Below are positions 32,650 to 44,106 of a DNA stretch of 64,000 nt, piece after piece. The translations under genes were made by a program, and so were the position numbers. A model generated the notes under the pieces. That model had not been told where the DNA came from. It worked only from the letters and a program-made list of their open reading frames with translations, and ran no database searches. The stretch is from Flectonema sp. DT1601 (Eukaryota). The stretch covers positions 310,001 through 374,000 of the forward strand of contig OZ025801.1 in the NCBI GenBank assembly GCA_964019425.1, in the 5' to 3' direction. Within the stretch, counting starts at the first letter, position 1. Each line of letters starts with the position of its first letter.

Positions 32650-32996
32650 AGGGTTATGTACTGGGTTTTTTGAAATAAGGTTTACCATCTTAAGCACAGC
32701 ACACACACGTATTCATAAGTCACAAACACTACCCTACTATGGTGACTTACCTGAAAAGTAAATGACAAGTTTTACAAAAAAACCTGAACCACTTCAACTA
32801 ATAAAGATTGCGAAAAGGCATTAACGCTTAGCCCACATTATCATCGTGTAAATGATTTTCGCCTCAGAAGACTTCAAAAGAATTTGAAATAAATTAACAG
32901 ATTTAGTGAGGGAAAGGATGAAACATCACAAAGGAGAGAGAGTGAGTGGTTAGTTTATGAAACACGAAGTAGAAACTTCCCCAGGAACAATTTTTT

Positions 32997-33782
32997 TTAG
33001 CAACTACAATCCAAATCAAAGTCTTCAGGAGGTACGAGACTGCATCGAACATGAAATCTAATTGAACCACTCAACGACTCGATAAATTCCTCATCCACAC
33101 TAATAGTGTGAATTTGCTCATAATTAATCGCGATTGGTGTTGGTGAGGAATTATGTTCCATTGGAACCTCTCCCGTAGAAAACTCCTCTCCAGATAAGTG
33201 ATATTCAAATGAAATAGTTTTATATAAATTAGTATTTGAGATAACACAGGAATTTATACGGACTTTAAAGCCAATTGTTGTCCCAAGAAGCTCTGTTGTG
33301 TCCTCCACAAAGGGATCGTTTTCATCATCGTCGTCCCAGGGACCTTCTTTACCGTTAGCGTCAAGTGGTGAAAGCTGAGCGGATACTTTGCCTATTGCAT
33401 TGCCGTTAACTGACAAAACGGTACAGTCGGTCACATTTTCCATCATGTTTTCGAGGGATTGAAGCCAAAGATTCGTTTCTCCAATTAAAACGCATCCTCC
33501 CACACGAAAAGGATTCTCACCTTTCCTGTTGTTCTCTACAAAAACCTTCGCTTGGTCAACTCTTCGACAAAAGTCATCCCATTCCAACATAAAACACGTA
33601 TCCCTGTACTGAACCAACACTGACATTCTGTTATCACCGACAACTCTCGGTTGAAATACTAAATCAGATATTTCCTTTGCGATTACATTAGCCGTATTTA
33701 TCTTAGAAGTGGCTCCACTTAGTACAACCTGTTGGAGAGCCGCCAATCTTGCTCCTCGATTACCGTCATCCGCATCGCACAT
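32997..33782 (-). CDS. Protein resembling the non-motor C2-like region of kinesin-3 (KIF13/KIF28-type); may have upstream exons
   Basis: LIGETNLWLQSL...GNAIGKVSAQLSP...FVEDTTELLG...FKVRI pattern. No motor domain is visible. Confidence 0.5.
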   Translation of the reverse strand: MCDADDGNRGARLAALQQVVLSGATSKINTANVIAKEISDLVFQPRVVGDNRMSVLVQYRDTCFMLEWDDFCRRVDQAKVFVENNRKGENPFRVGGCVLIGETNLWLQSLENMMENVTDCTVLSVNGNAIGKVSAQLSPLDANGKEGPWDDDDENDPFVEDTTELLGTTIGFKVRINSCVISNTNLYKTISFEYHLSGEEFSTGEVPMEHNSSPTPIAINYEQIHTISVDEEFIESLSGSIRFHVRCSLVPPEDFDLDCSC

Positions 33783-34415
33783 GTTTCTTCTGTTGAATAA
33801 ACAAGAATCAATAGCTGCATTGTGAAGTCCTTAATTAAAACTTTTTGTGTAGGGAAGCCTCTCGTCATTTATGTTACCTCTGATTAAACAGACGAAATAT
33901 TTTTAACCAATACTTTTGCATAGAGAAGAAGATAAGAAAGTATACGCCTACTTCAGCACGCTATTGTTAGTTAACAACAGCATTTTTATTTTTATTATTT
34001 TTTTTAATGCTTTTTTTTTTTTTAAAATTCTGTATCAAACCAACGAGATCTTACCTTGTTCGAAAGCCCAAGGATAGGGAACAGAAATCACTGCAACGGA
34101 AAACAACAAGGCAAAGAAAAAAAAAAAAAAAAAGAGTACCAACGAAAGCTGTAAAATGAAAATATGTGTGTCGCGAACGTCATTCGGTGACCTTTGTTGT
34201 AACATTTATCTTTTTTTTCTATTTTTTATTTTTTATTGTTCCTTTTTTTTTTTTTTTTTTTAAAATCTTTTTCTTCAAACTCCTTTTCTTGACCTTTCGG
34301 TCCCTTATTTTTAAATTCAGTTTTTTTGTCCTTATTCAAAACCTTTGAAACAATATCAAGTTAGAGCTAGAGTAGTAAACCTTGATAGTAAATGTGTGCC
34401 TTCTTGTGTATTTAA

Positions 34416-35687
34416 TCATTGCGAGAATTTCACCAAAGAAATTTTGTCAGCTTTATAGGAAGCAATAAATTCCTTGATTTCAGAGGCTGAGATGTCAGTT
34501 TTTGGTGATTCATAATAACCACCTTTTTGAACATGTAATATGATCATGTGTGGGTTCTCAGCAGCCTTGTCAACACCCTTCTGCTTGACAAGCTCGGCAA
34601 CTTTACCAGAGGGTCCGTTCATCGATTTCGATATGAAGAAAAGGATTTCCGGTTCTCCAGGTTTCTTCATTTCCTTGGCGACACTGGTCAAGGCCTTTTC
34701 AATACTTTCTTGTTCATCGTCATCAGCTGCCGCACACCTGATCATGAGAGCTGGTCTGTCATTAATTGAACATCCTCTGTTCTCAACGTCTTCATCTAAA
34801 CATGAAATCAGTGGTGGTTCCCAACCAGTTGTAACAGCGTGTGATACACCAGCGCTTACAATAGATCTACCGTCCTTGTTAATTAATATTCCGTTTTCGA
34901 AGATTGCAAATGTTGGAATCCCGTCAGCATCGATAAGCGAAGACATTAGCGTCCTCTCTGGTGCATCGTAGTCGAAGGACAAGTAGTCACCGTGATGGGA
35001 TGTGAAGTACTCGTGAAAGTCTTCTTTTGTCTTGTCGCTGCTTACGAATACAATTTCGAAGTCAGATTTTTTTGATTTGTACTCGTCGTAGAAGTCCTTC
35101 AATTTTGGAGTAAACTGTCGACATGGTGGACACCAAGATGCACTGCAGTAGAATCCGACAGTCTTACCATCCAATGAGCTGCTTGGTACCTTAGATCCAT
35201 CTTTCTTAATGAGGTTTTCAGGCAAACAATCCGAGTACTGCGGGTCAGACCATCTAAGCTTCGATTTAAAAAGAGCTTCGGCATCTCCACCATACACCTT
35301 CGAAGTTCCATCTTTTGTTAGTAATTTCCCAGTTTTGTCGTAAACAGCAAGGCAAGGGATTCCACGAGTGTTCACGTGTGACTTCATCTTCTGACGTGAC
35401 TCTGAGTTGTATTCAAAGGACAAATAGTTACCGTGATGACCTTTGAAATATTCCAAGAAGGCCTGCTCATCTCTGTCTGAGCTGCAGAATATGATTTCAA
35501 AGTTCGGATCTAACTTTTTGTAATCCTCATAAAACTTCTGCAACATTGGCGTGAACTTACGGCATGGCGGGCACCACGACGCACTGCAGTACACAGCAAT
35601 CGTCTTTCCCGCAACGGCTTCTACACCCACAACGGTTTCATCTTTCTTGAGGAATTTATTTCCCAACAAAGCAGACCAGTCGGACAT
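34416..35687 (-). CDS. Nucleoredoxin/tryparedoxin-like multi-domain oxidoreductase
   Basis: Two SASWCPPC thioredoxin domains plus a third Trx-like domain lacking CxxC. Confidence 0.9.
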   Translation of the reverse strand: MSDWSALLGNKFLKKDETVVGVEAVAGKTIAVYCSASWCPPCRKFTPMLQKFYEDYKKLDPNFEIIFCSSDRDEQAFLEYFKGHHGNYLSFEYNSESRQKMKSHVNTRGIPCLAVYDKTGKLLTKDGTSKVYGGDAEALFKSKLRWSDPQYSDCLPENLIKKDGSKVPSSSLDGKTVGFYCSASWCPPCRQFTPKLKDFYDEYKSKKSDFEIVFVSSDKTKEDFHEYFTSHHGDYLSFDYDAPERTLMSSLIDADGIPTFAIFENGILINKDGRSIVSAGVSHAVTTGWEPPLISCLDEDVENRGCSINDRPALMIRCAAADDDEQESIEKALTSVAKEMKKPGEPEILFFISKSMNGPSGKVAELVKQKGVDKAAENPHMIILHVQKGGYYESPKTDISASEIKEFIASYKADKISLVKFSQ

Positions 35688-36124
35688 CTTTTAAAGTTAT
35701 TTGTGGTGCAAGTTGAACTGGAAAATAGTACGTAGTTTTGCAAAAACCTTTACCTTCTTCACCTCCTTTACCCTGCGGACATATTTAGCTGAAAAATAAT
35801 AATAGTACACATCAAAATATAAAATTAGTTGAATTGTCTGTTGGGTTTGCAGGTAACTTTGGGTTTCCGCTTTCCTTCTTTGTAAAAAAAGTCAATTTTT
35901 CAGTTGTTTTGTGTAATTTCGCTTACGGAAAAAGTCACTAAAGAGATGTTATATCAACTTAATAATAATAAAAGGCTAGGTTAGTGAAACCCAATTCGGT
36001 AAACTGTTTTATTTTGTTGAGAGAAATTGCGGTCGTGCAGGATCTGTATATAGCCGTCGGGCATAGTTTAAATGACGGAAGAATTTTTTTTTTTAAATAT
36101 TTTTTTGAGCTTTTGGGGTTCCTC

Positions 36125-36565
36125 CTACTCAGACCACTTTGAATTGAAGACACTCTCAGCTTTCTCATTACGGACTCTCGCAGTTCCATTTTTTGTTAGT
36201 AATTTCCCAGTTTTGTCGTAAACAGCAAGGCAAGGGATTCCACGAGTGTTCACGTGTGACTTCATCTTCTGACGTGACTCTGAGTTGTATTCAAAGGACA
36301 AATAGTTACCGTGATGACCTTTGAAATATTCCAAGAAGGCCTGCTCATCTCTGTCTGAGCTGCAGAATATGATTTCAAAGTTCGGATCTAACTTTTTGTA
36401 TTCATCATAAAACCTCACTAGCTGTGGTGTGAAGTTTCTGCAAGGTGGGCACCACGACGCACTGCAGTACACAGCAATCGTCTTTCCCGCAACTGCATCT
36501 GCACCCGCGGAGCTGCCATCTTTCTTGAGGAATTTATTTCCTAACAAAGCAGACCATTCGGACAT
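36125..36565 (-). CDS. Single-domain tryparedoxin-like protein
   Basis: 146 aa with WCPPC and GIPCL. Paralog of domain 1 of the neighbouring gene. Confidence 0.88.
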   Translation of the reverse strand: MSEWSALLGNKFLKKDGSSAGADAVAGKTIAVYCSASWCPPCRNFTPQLVRFYDEYKKLDPNFEIIFCSSDRDEQAFLEYFKGHHGNYLSFEYNSESRQKMKSHVNTRGIPCLAVYDKTGKLLTKNGTARVRNEKAESVFNSKWSE

Positions 36566-37203
36566 CTTTTAAAGTTATTTGTAGTGCGAAACTTTTGAAA
36601 TTAATTAAAAAGAATAATACAACAACTAAGACTCCCAGTAAGTTACATTACTTAACGAAACACTTTTTTTTTTTTTTTTTTTTTTTTTAAATACGGGTTT
36701 TTTTATGACATAATTTTTGTTTTGTAATAAAAAAAAACAGAAGAAGAGATATCATCCCACAGAGACAGAACAGAAACGTCAGACAGTACAACGACACAGA
36801 ATTCTGATTGTAATTTACCACAAAATAATATTAAGGACGACTAACAAAACGACGGTGAAACTAAAAAATATAAAATGAAAGTTTTAAAGGATAGAAACCA
36901 GACCGCGTACGAGATTGATAGAACCGTTTAAAACAGTCCCGAGATGGTGGAGAGAGGAAGACTGAAAACAACAACACATTGATACCAAAGTAATGAATTA
37001 CTTTCATTGAGGAACCAGAAAAAAAAAGGTTCAGAAGGTGCTAAAATATAAATTGTGTGGTTGGTTTATTAATTCGAGAATCGACTACAATTTAATTAAC
37101 AAAACAAAAGATGTAAATGAAAAAAAAAAAAAAAAAAAAAGAAAGAAATGACTATCAGATTTACTCCATTTTGTACAAAAAAGAAAATAATCGACAAAAA
37201 GAT

Positions 37204-40200
37204 TTAGTTTGAGGCTTTCATCCTATTCGCGTCTTCCATTTGACAAGAGACATCAGTTTGAGTTCCGACTGTTTGAAAGTCACAGTAAGAAATTCCCATC
37301 GACTTCTGAAGTCTTTGAAATCCTTCCAAAAGTAATGCACCCGACTGGGGCTTTGTTTGTTTGGTCTTCTGACTGTCGTCAACTTGTTCCTCATCACCAA
37401 CTTCACCAGCCTCAGATTGTATTGAGTCTGACGATAAACTAATAACATCTCCGTCAACATATTCAAAAATAGAATCAGGAAAGGTCCTCGCTTCAACAAT
37501 CGGTTCTGTTTCCAATGTCGGAACAGGAACACTATCATGAAAACCTGACTGACCAAATGAATTTCTCGCAAAATATCGTGTCGCACCTCCTCCCTGATAA
37601 GACTGTGGATAAAATGGTTGTCCCTTCGACCATTGTTGTCGGGTGTTGGGGTTGGTTTGTATGTTGTCATAATATGGCGTATTGTGATCCATATTCTGAG
37701 GAACAGTAAAGTAAACGGTCCCGTTTTGATTTCTCGTAGGCTGAACTTGCGGTGGAAAGTTGGGAACCGGTTCCGGATTTGGAAGTCCGACTGGTTTGGG
37801 ATGTTGAAGTGGTTGTGTCTGTGGTTGTGGTTGCGGCTGTTGTGATGAACTGACCTCCTCAGGTTGAACCACTTCTGATTCTGAACTCTGTAAAGTGTGA
37901 CCTGCCTTTGATAAAGCATCAGAAACATCTTCACACTTCTTTATGACAACTGATAATTCATGTTTACCTTTTAGAACTGTGAGTCCTTTTACCTTTCTTT
38001 TGTGTTCTGCTTCTGTCTGTTTATGTTGGGCAACAGCCAACTCATACTTTGCTGCAAGCTCTTGGCTGAGGACAGGTTCACTCGTTGCCTGTATTGCAAA
38101 TCTGATGTCACGAATTTCAGCTGCGGCGGTTTCTTCTCGCTGTCGTTGAATATCAACAAGTTCCTGATGCTTTTGATTAATGAGGTGATTGATTCCCAGC
38201 AGCTTCTTTTGAGCTTCATCTTCATGCTGCTGTCTGATGTTTTCTACTTCGCGTTGCTGCTTATCAACTTCGATTAGAAAGTTGTGTTGTTTTACTAAAG
38301 CAGACAGCTGTTGTTGTTTTCTGGGATTACCTTCTTCGAGTTCTTTCAGTGTCACTGTAGCAGCTGACCACGTTAACTTTTGTTGTCTTTGTGAGCTCTC
38401 AGCTTGTTGTTGTTTTTGTTGAAGTAAAGAAATGAGATCAAGTTTTTGTTTTACTTCAGACAAGTCATCTGTTTTGCGTTCCATTGCGATTGTAATTAAT
38501 TTGATGACTTCCTCTTCGATAGCATCCGACAGTTGCTTCTGAAGTGCTGCAGTTTTGGTTTTTAATTTGCTCTGCATCACTATTAACTCATCCTGCTGAG
38601 AAGGTGTTTGCTGCTGCAGCTTTTTACGTTGAACAAAAGCAGCCAAAGTAATTACTTCCTGTTGTTTTTCAAGAAGACCGTTTTGTTGTTGTTTCTTTTG
38701 AAGAAAAACAACGAATTCGTACTTCATTTTAAGAACTGCTACTTCCTGCTTTCTTTGAAGTGTATCAGGTTCGCTAAGTTTAGCTCCGATAGCCGCAAAC
38801 ATTAAAGGGAGTTCTAATTGGATTGCACTCGGTAGCTGTTGTTTTTGAATCAATCCCGCTAGTTTTTGATTTAAACTATTAATGTCTTGCATCTTTTGTG
38901 GCGTTTCTGGTTCCATTTGTTTCCTTTCAATGGCTGCAGCCAACATCATCGAGTCGCTTTGCCCGCCAGCTATTACAGCGATCCGTTGCTTCAGAGCAGT
39001 GATTTCCTGTTGTTTTTGAGGACCGTCAGGTTCCTGTTGTTTTGCTTTAATAGCCGCACTCAGTTCACTTAACTCGGATATCGCTGATGGCGGGTGTTGA
39101 AAAAAAGCTGATATTAATTCGTATCTATTCCTCAAAATGTTCAACTCCTGCTGTTGTTGTGGTGTGATTGGCTCTTGTTGTTTTTTTTGATAGGCAGCTG
39201 ACAAATCAGCCAATTCTTTTTGTTTTTGTGCAGCTGCTCCCATATGTTGAGGAGCAGCCAACTGTACTACCGGTGGTGTGACGGGTTGTGATAATGGTGT
39301 TGGGGTTTGTGGTGTGTCTTGCTGGTTGTTGACTGATAGAGACTCCTTATCCTGAGAGACGGTCGCAATACTCTCCTCACTCTCCTCTTCGTGCTGTGGA
39401 TCTCCTGTTTCATCTGACGATGACTGAGTTTGTGAAGACAGTTGTTGTTGTTTTCGTAATTTCGCTAAAGCTTTCTTCTGTACTCCATTCGCGTGAAGTA
39501 CATCGCTAAGTCTTTGACGAATAGTTTCCAGTTCTAGTCGATTTTGTTTTGTATTCTCATGCAGACGTTTCTTTCTCAGGGCTTCCCTCAAAGCGGGTAT
39601 TGCTAAAGTGTTGTACTCATCATTTAGAATTGCTAATTCCAGTTCCTGTTTTGCACTAGTTGGCTCCTCTTCCTTCTTCTTAATGGCAGCAACTGCAGCA
39701 GCCAATTGGTTATATGAGTTGTGAGGCGATTGTTCCTGTACAGGAGCAGGTATGGGATCAGGCTGTGGTAAAGCAGGAGCGGGCTGTGCAGGAATAGGCT
39801 GTTTAGCTGTGTCAGTCTGTACCGGAGCGGGCTGTGCAGGAATAGGCTGTTTAGCTGTGTCAGTCTGTACCGGAGCGGGCTGCACAGACTGCTCAGGTTG
39901 GGGCTGTTCGAGTGCAGAAACAGGCTGCTCGGAAACAGTCAGCTGTCCAGATGTGGGCCTTTCGAGTGCATCAGGAACAGGAGCAGGAGCAGGCTGTACT
40001 GAAGGAGCAGCTACTCGATGTGCACCAGTATCATGTTGGAAGAATGCTGATAGTAGTTCCTGTTTGTTCATCAAACTGGCTAACTCTTGCTGTTGTTGTA
40101 ATGATTCTGGTTCTTGTTGTTTCTGTTGAATAGCAGTAGTGACAGACGCTAATTCCTGCTGCTTTTGTTGGAGGTGGACGGCATCTTGTTTTTTTATAAA

Positions 40201-43200
40201 GTTATTGAGTAAGTCTAATTTTTGTGCTTGCAAGAGAAGCTGTTGGTGTCTTTGTGGTGTGTCAGGTTGCAGTTTAAGTTTTTTAATTGAAGACGTCACC
40301 GAAGATAATTCCTGCTGCAGATCTCCCTTTTTGTACAGAGCGCTGGCGACGAACTCAAATGACTTTTTCAAACCATTCAAGTGGAGTTGTCTTTGAGGTG
40401 TTTCGGGTTCTTGCATCTTCTTTAACATGGACCCTGATATGATACCCAATTCGTGTTGTAAACTTTCCGTTCCTTGCATTTGAAATAAGATTGCCAACTT
40501 CTGCTTCAGAGTACTTAACTCCTGCTGCCTTTGTGTCGATTCTGGTTCCTGTTGTTTCTTTTGAATTGCTGTTGCTACAGCTGCCAACTCTTTTTGTAAA
40601 ACTTCCGGACCATATTGTTGAATCTTTCTAATTAAATCTAATTGTAGTTCATATGATGTTAGCTCTTGTTGTTGTTGAGGTGTTTCGAGTTCTTGTTTCT
40701 TTTTATTAATCGAAGCTTCCAAGCTTTGTAACTCCCGACGTCTATGTAGTGAAGCTTTGACTGAGTCAAACTTCTTCTTAAGAGAAGTCAGTTCCGATAG
40801 TTTTTCAGCGCTTTCTGGTTCAAGTTTTTTCTTTTCGATTGCTTCCATCAAAGCGATGCTCACTGTAGAGTCGTGTTGATGTTGCAAATCATTAAGTTCT
40901 TGTTGCTTTATAGCACTTTCAGGTTCTTGCCTTTTAAACTGAATCGCTGCAGTCAAAGCAGCCAGTCGTTGGGTTTCTCCTGGTCCGTGTTGCTTGCGTG
41001 CAGCATCTTCTTGTTGTTTCTTTAGGTTTGACATTAGTTCTTCTTTTAGCTTTAGCGTTTCACTGTCTGGTTGATTTGATGATGCCAACAACTCTGCTTC
41101 CTGTTTCTGTCGAAGTATTGCCTGGTCTTGTTGTTGCTTTATGGATGCTTCGAATTCAAATTTCTGTTGGTCGTCTCGTTGTTTTAGTAATTCCATCTGT
41201 TGCTGTTGCGCTGCCATCAAAGCCGCCTTTTTGCTTTCCATCGGATCAGCTTTTGGTGGCATCACTGCTGCTCTAGCTGCAGCTAACGCTTTAGCTGCAA
41301 ACTCTTTTTGCTTTGCCAGCTCATTATTCATTTCAATTGTTCTCATTTGTGATTTCTGAAGTGTCAGATCCCGAGTCTGTTCCAGAGGATGGTCAGTAGT
41401 CGGATCGACAACACCACCGTAGGAGTTCTTCACAGCAACAATTTGACTTGAGAGTTCCAGTTGCTTATCGAGTTCCTGTTTTAACAAACTCTGAGTTTGG
41501 AGATATTGAGAGTGTTGCTGAGATTGTTGTTGGGCCTGTTGCAATACTTGCTGTTTCTGCTGAGCTGGTTGCAGTTGCTGGTTTTGTCCAGCCAGAAGTT
41601 GTTGCTGCTGGTTCAGCAGCTGTTGCTGTATTTGCTGCATCTGTTGTTCTGGGTTCAGAGGGTGTTGCTGAACCTGTTGCTGTTGTTGTTGCTGAGGGTG
41701 TTGTACAATAATTATTTGCTGCTTTTGTGGTTGCTGATGATGTTGCTGCATTTGTATTTTATCAGCCGGTTGCGGGCGCTGCTGCATAACTTGTAAACGA
41801 TGCACCGGTCCAACGACTTGTTGCTGTTGTGGCTGCAGTACAATTCGTTGTTGCTGTTGTTGTGGTCGTTGTTGCGGTTGTTGCAGTACAATTTGTTGTT
41901 GCTGTAGTTGTTGTTGTGGCTGCTGCAGTATAATTTGCTGTTGTTGTTGCTGTGGTTGCTGTTGTTGTGGTTGTTGCTGTGGTTGCTGTTGTTGTGGTTG
42001 TTGCTGTTGCTGTTGTTGTTGTTGTTGTTGTTGTGGTGGCTGCTGCAGTATAATTTGCTGTTGTTGTTGCTGTGGTTGCTGTTGTTGTGGTTGTTGCTGT
42101 GGTTGTTGTTGTGGCTGCTGCAGTATAATTTGCTGTTGTTGTTGCTGTGGTTGTGGTTGTTGTTGTTGTTGTTGTTGTGGCTGCTGCAGTATAATTTGCT
42201 GTTGTTGTTGCTGTGGTTGTGGTTGTTGTTGCTGTTGTTGTGGCTGCTGCAGTACAATTTGTTGTTGTTGTTGCTGTGTCTGCTGTAGTTGTTGTTGTTC
42301 AAGTTGCTGCTCTTCCTTTATCTGCTTAATGAGATGCTGTTGTTTTTGAATCATTTCTTGTATCTCATCTTGTTCAGTCTGTTGATCATGTTGGGCTAAC
42401 TGAGCCTTTAATTCTTTATTTCGATTCAACTCCTCGTTAATTAAATTTTGATATTCCTTCTGTTGTTCACTTGCTGGAACAGTTGGCACACTACCAGCCG
42501 TAATATTCGGTACCCTAGCGGAAGGATTGATTAAGACTGTTTGAGAGTTCACACCCGGAGGTTTCATCCACTCAGGGTAGCCGACACTTATTTGAGATGG
42601 CAGTGCTGTTGGATCAACGGGCTGTCCGGATGTTGATTGAGTGCCTGGTTGTATTTGTACTCCTTCTGGAGCTTGACCTCCTTGAGTTGGTATCGCCTGA
42701 ACTGTCATTACTGGAGTTGGTTGAGCTGACGCTCTATTTACTGCTGGGCCTACAATTTCAGGTGCCCTTCGGTATTGTGGATGGCGACCCTTTTTCAATC
42801 CATGCGGTGCTTTTGGAGCTGTGGCCCCCTCTGTTGTCCATCCCTCCCCATGGAATGCTAACATCAAAGACATGAAGAACGTCTGCTCTTCAGAAGCAGT
42901 TGTTGGTGGAGGCTTTCCTTCAGGTGAGGCAATCAGCTGAAAAGGAAAGTAAGAAACCGGAACGATAGTTTTCATATTGACTATAACATTATAACCACCG
43001 CGATCCATAAAGTGAAGAATGATATTTATTGAGTTTTGTTGAGAGATCTGAGTTTCCATAATTCGAGCGTAACGAAGATCTACCGGAGTCAGAGTGAGCT
43101 CCTTTAGTACCCCAGCTAAGAACTGATAGAAATCAAAGTCTGGATAATCATTCGTATTTAATGATATCATTATCTGTGGGATCGTTTGGTCAGCAGTCTT

Positions 43201-44106
43201 CACTTCTTTTGCAACTCGCGGTGGTTTCAGTTGAATTGCTACGTTTTTTGTTCGCTCAACTAACTTCACACACTGAGTTCCAATCCTCGCTACTTGATCT
43301 CTAAACTGAACATACAACTGACCTGTTTGACCAAATCTTTCGTAGCGAACTATCAAAGAGTTGAAGCAAACCTCAATTGCCTCAATTAGTTCACCGTCAC
43401 TCCAGTGGGATGGAATGTTTTCAAATATTGTGAGACAACAAAACCTTTTCACGCAGGATGAACAAACAGTTTTATTACATTTCGTACAAGTTTGAAACTC
43501 TGTTTCTCTCTTTTCTTGAACTTCTGGAGGATTCTTATTAACATCAACAATTAGCTGAGGACATGGGCAATGAACAGACCGTACTGTGTGTCCAACATGT
43601 CGGATGGCGCATTTTCTACAAAATCGTACTTTGCATTTGTGACAGAGCTGAACCGCCGGGTATTGGTTGCAGCATCCTTTTCGTTTAAAAGTTTCTAAAA
43701 TGTCGCATTTCAATGGAGCGTTTTCGTATCCGTCATCGTATTTCTTGAGATCTCTATTAACGACCATCGGAAATCCAGCACAACAATAGTCTCTGTGGTC
43801 AACTGATTCATTGACCTTTGCTTCAAGTACCCAATTTTCAAAAAATGAAATCCAATCTTCCTTTGTTTTGTTTTTGCTTTTGTTTGTTTCAATTAATTTT
43901 CCCAAATAAACAAACGGGTCATTGGGTGATTCAATTAGGCCTCTGATATCTGTAGCTACTAGAAGTAATAATGGATGGTGGAGACCTCCCTGGAGATACC
44001 TTCTAAGTACTTTAGCTCTCGGAGTCTTTAAATGTTTTATTAGAATTTCAAACATTGCCGAGTGAATCGCTGGTTCTATAATATTCCCAGCTGTTGATTC
44101 CGACAT
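37204..44106 (-). CDS. 2300-aa glutamine-rich protein with N-terminal Cys/His (B-box-like) zinc-binding region and many QQEPETPQxQQEL repeats
   Basis: Uninterrupted ORF with LCHKCKVRFCRKCAIRHVGH, a polyQ/QP tract at ~41800-42300 and a 48-nt tandem duplication near 39776-39880. Confidence 0.85.
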   Translation of the reverse strand: MSESTAGNIIEPAIHSAMFEILIKHLKTPRAKVLRRYLQGGLHHPLLLLVATDIRGLIESPNDPFVYLGKLIETNKSKNKTKEDWISFFENWVLEAKVNESVDHRDYCCAGFPMVVNRDLKKYDDGYENAPLKCDILETFKRKGCCNQYPAVQLCHKCKVRFCRKCAIRHVGHTVRSVHCPCPQLIVDVNKNPPEVQEKRETEFQTCTKCNKTVCSSCVKRFCCLTIFENIPSHWSDGELIEAIEVCFNSLIVRYERFGQTGQLYVQFRDQVARIGTQCVKLVERTKNVAIQLKPPRVAKEVKTADQTIPQIMISLNTNDYPDFDFYQFLAGVLKELTLTPVDLRYARIMETQISQQNSINIILHFMDRGGYNVIVNMKTIVPVSYFPFQLIASPEGKPPPTTASEEQTFFMSLMLAFHGEGWTTEGATAPKAPHGLKKGRHPQYRRAPEIVGPAVNRASAQPTPVMTVQAIPTQGGQAPEGVQIQPGTQSTSGQPVDPTALPSQISVGYPEWMKPPGVNSQTVLINPSARVPNITAGSVPTVPASEQQKEYQNLINEELNRNKELKAQLAQHDQQTEQDEIQEMIQKQQHLIKQIKEEQQLEQQQLQQTQQQQQQIVLQQPQQQQQQPQPQQQQQQIILQQPQQQQQQQPQPQQQQQQIILQQPQQQPQQQPQQQQPQQQQQQIILQQPPQQQQQQQQQQQQPQQQQPQQQPQQQQPQQQQQQIILQQPQQQLQQQQIVLQQPQQRPQQQQQRIVLQPQQQQVVGPVHRLQVMQQRPQPADKIQMQQHHQQPQKQQIIIVQHPQQQQQQQVQQHPLNPEQQMQQIQQQLLNQQQQLLAGQNQQLQPAQQKQQVLQQAQQQSQQHSQYLQTQSLLKQELDKQLELSSQIVAVKNSYGGVVDPTTDHPLEQTRDLTLQKSQMRTIEMNNELAKQKEFAAKALAAARAAVMPPKADPMESKKAALMAAQQQQMELLKQRDDQQKFEFEASIKQQQDQAILRQKQEAELLASSNQPDSETLKLKEELMSNLKKQQEDAARKQHGPGETQRLAALTAAIQFKRQEPESAIKQQELNDLQHQHDSTVSIALMEAIEKKKLEPESAEKLSELTSLKKKFDSVKASLHRRRELQSLEASINKKKQELETPQQQQELTSYELQLDLIRKIQQYGPEVLQKELAAVATAIQKKQQEPESTQRQQELSTLKQKLAILFQMQGTESLQHELGIISGSMLKKMQEPETPQRQLHLNGLKKSFEFVASALYKKGDLQQELSSVTSSIKKLKLQPDTPQRHQQLLLQAQKLDLLNNFIKKQDAVHLQQKQQELASVTTAIQQKQQEPESLQQQQELASLMNKQELLSAFFQHDTGAHRVAAPSVQPAPAPVPDALERPTSGQLTVSEQPVSALEQPQPEQSVQPAPVQTDTAKQPIPAQPAPVQTDTAKQPIPAQPAPALPQPDPIPAPVQEQSPHNSYNQLAAAVAAIKKKEEEPTSAKQELELAILNDEYNTLAIPALREALRKKRLHENTKQNRLELETIRQRLSDVLHANGVQKKALAKLRKQQQLSSQTQSSSDETGDPQHEEESEESIATVSQDKESLSVNNQQDTPQTPTPLSQPVTPPVVQLAAPQHMGAAAQKQKELADLSAAYQKKQQEPITPQQQQELNILRNRYELISAFFQHPPSAISELSELSAAIKAKQQEPDGPQKQQEITALKQRIAVIAGGQSDSMMLAAAIERKQMEPETPQKMQDINSLNQKLAGLIQKQQLPSAIQLELPLMFAAIGAKLSEPDTLQRKQEVAVLKMKYEFVVFLQKKQQQNGLLEKQQEVITLAAFVQRKKLQQQTPSQQDELIVMQSKLKTKTAALQKQLSDAIEEEVIKLITIAMERKTDDLSEVKQKLDLISLLQQKQQQAESSQRQQKLTWSAATVTLKELEEGNPRKQQQLSALVKQHNFLIEVDKQQREVENIRQQHEDEAQKKLLGINHLINQKHQELVDIQRQREETAAAEIRDIRFAIQATSEPVLSQELAAKYELAVAQHKQTEAEHKRKVKGLTVLKGKHELSVVIKKCEDVSDALSKAGHTLQSSESEVVQPEEVSSSQQPQPQPQTQPLQHPKPVGLPNPEPVPNFPPQVQPTRNQNGTVYFTVPQNMDHNTPYYDNIQTNPNTRQQWSKGQPFYPQSYQGGGATRYFARNSFGQSGFHDSVPVPTLETEPIVEARTFPDSIFEYVDGDVISLSSDSIQSEAGEVGDEEQVDDSQKTKQTKPQSGALLLEGFQRLQKSMGISYCDFQTVGTQTDVSCQMEDANRMKASN

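Noticed and set aside
41448..42302. Poly-Leu and poly-Asn ORFs
   Set aside because: Alternative-frame and antisense shadows of the polyQ tract.
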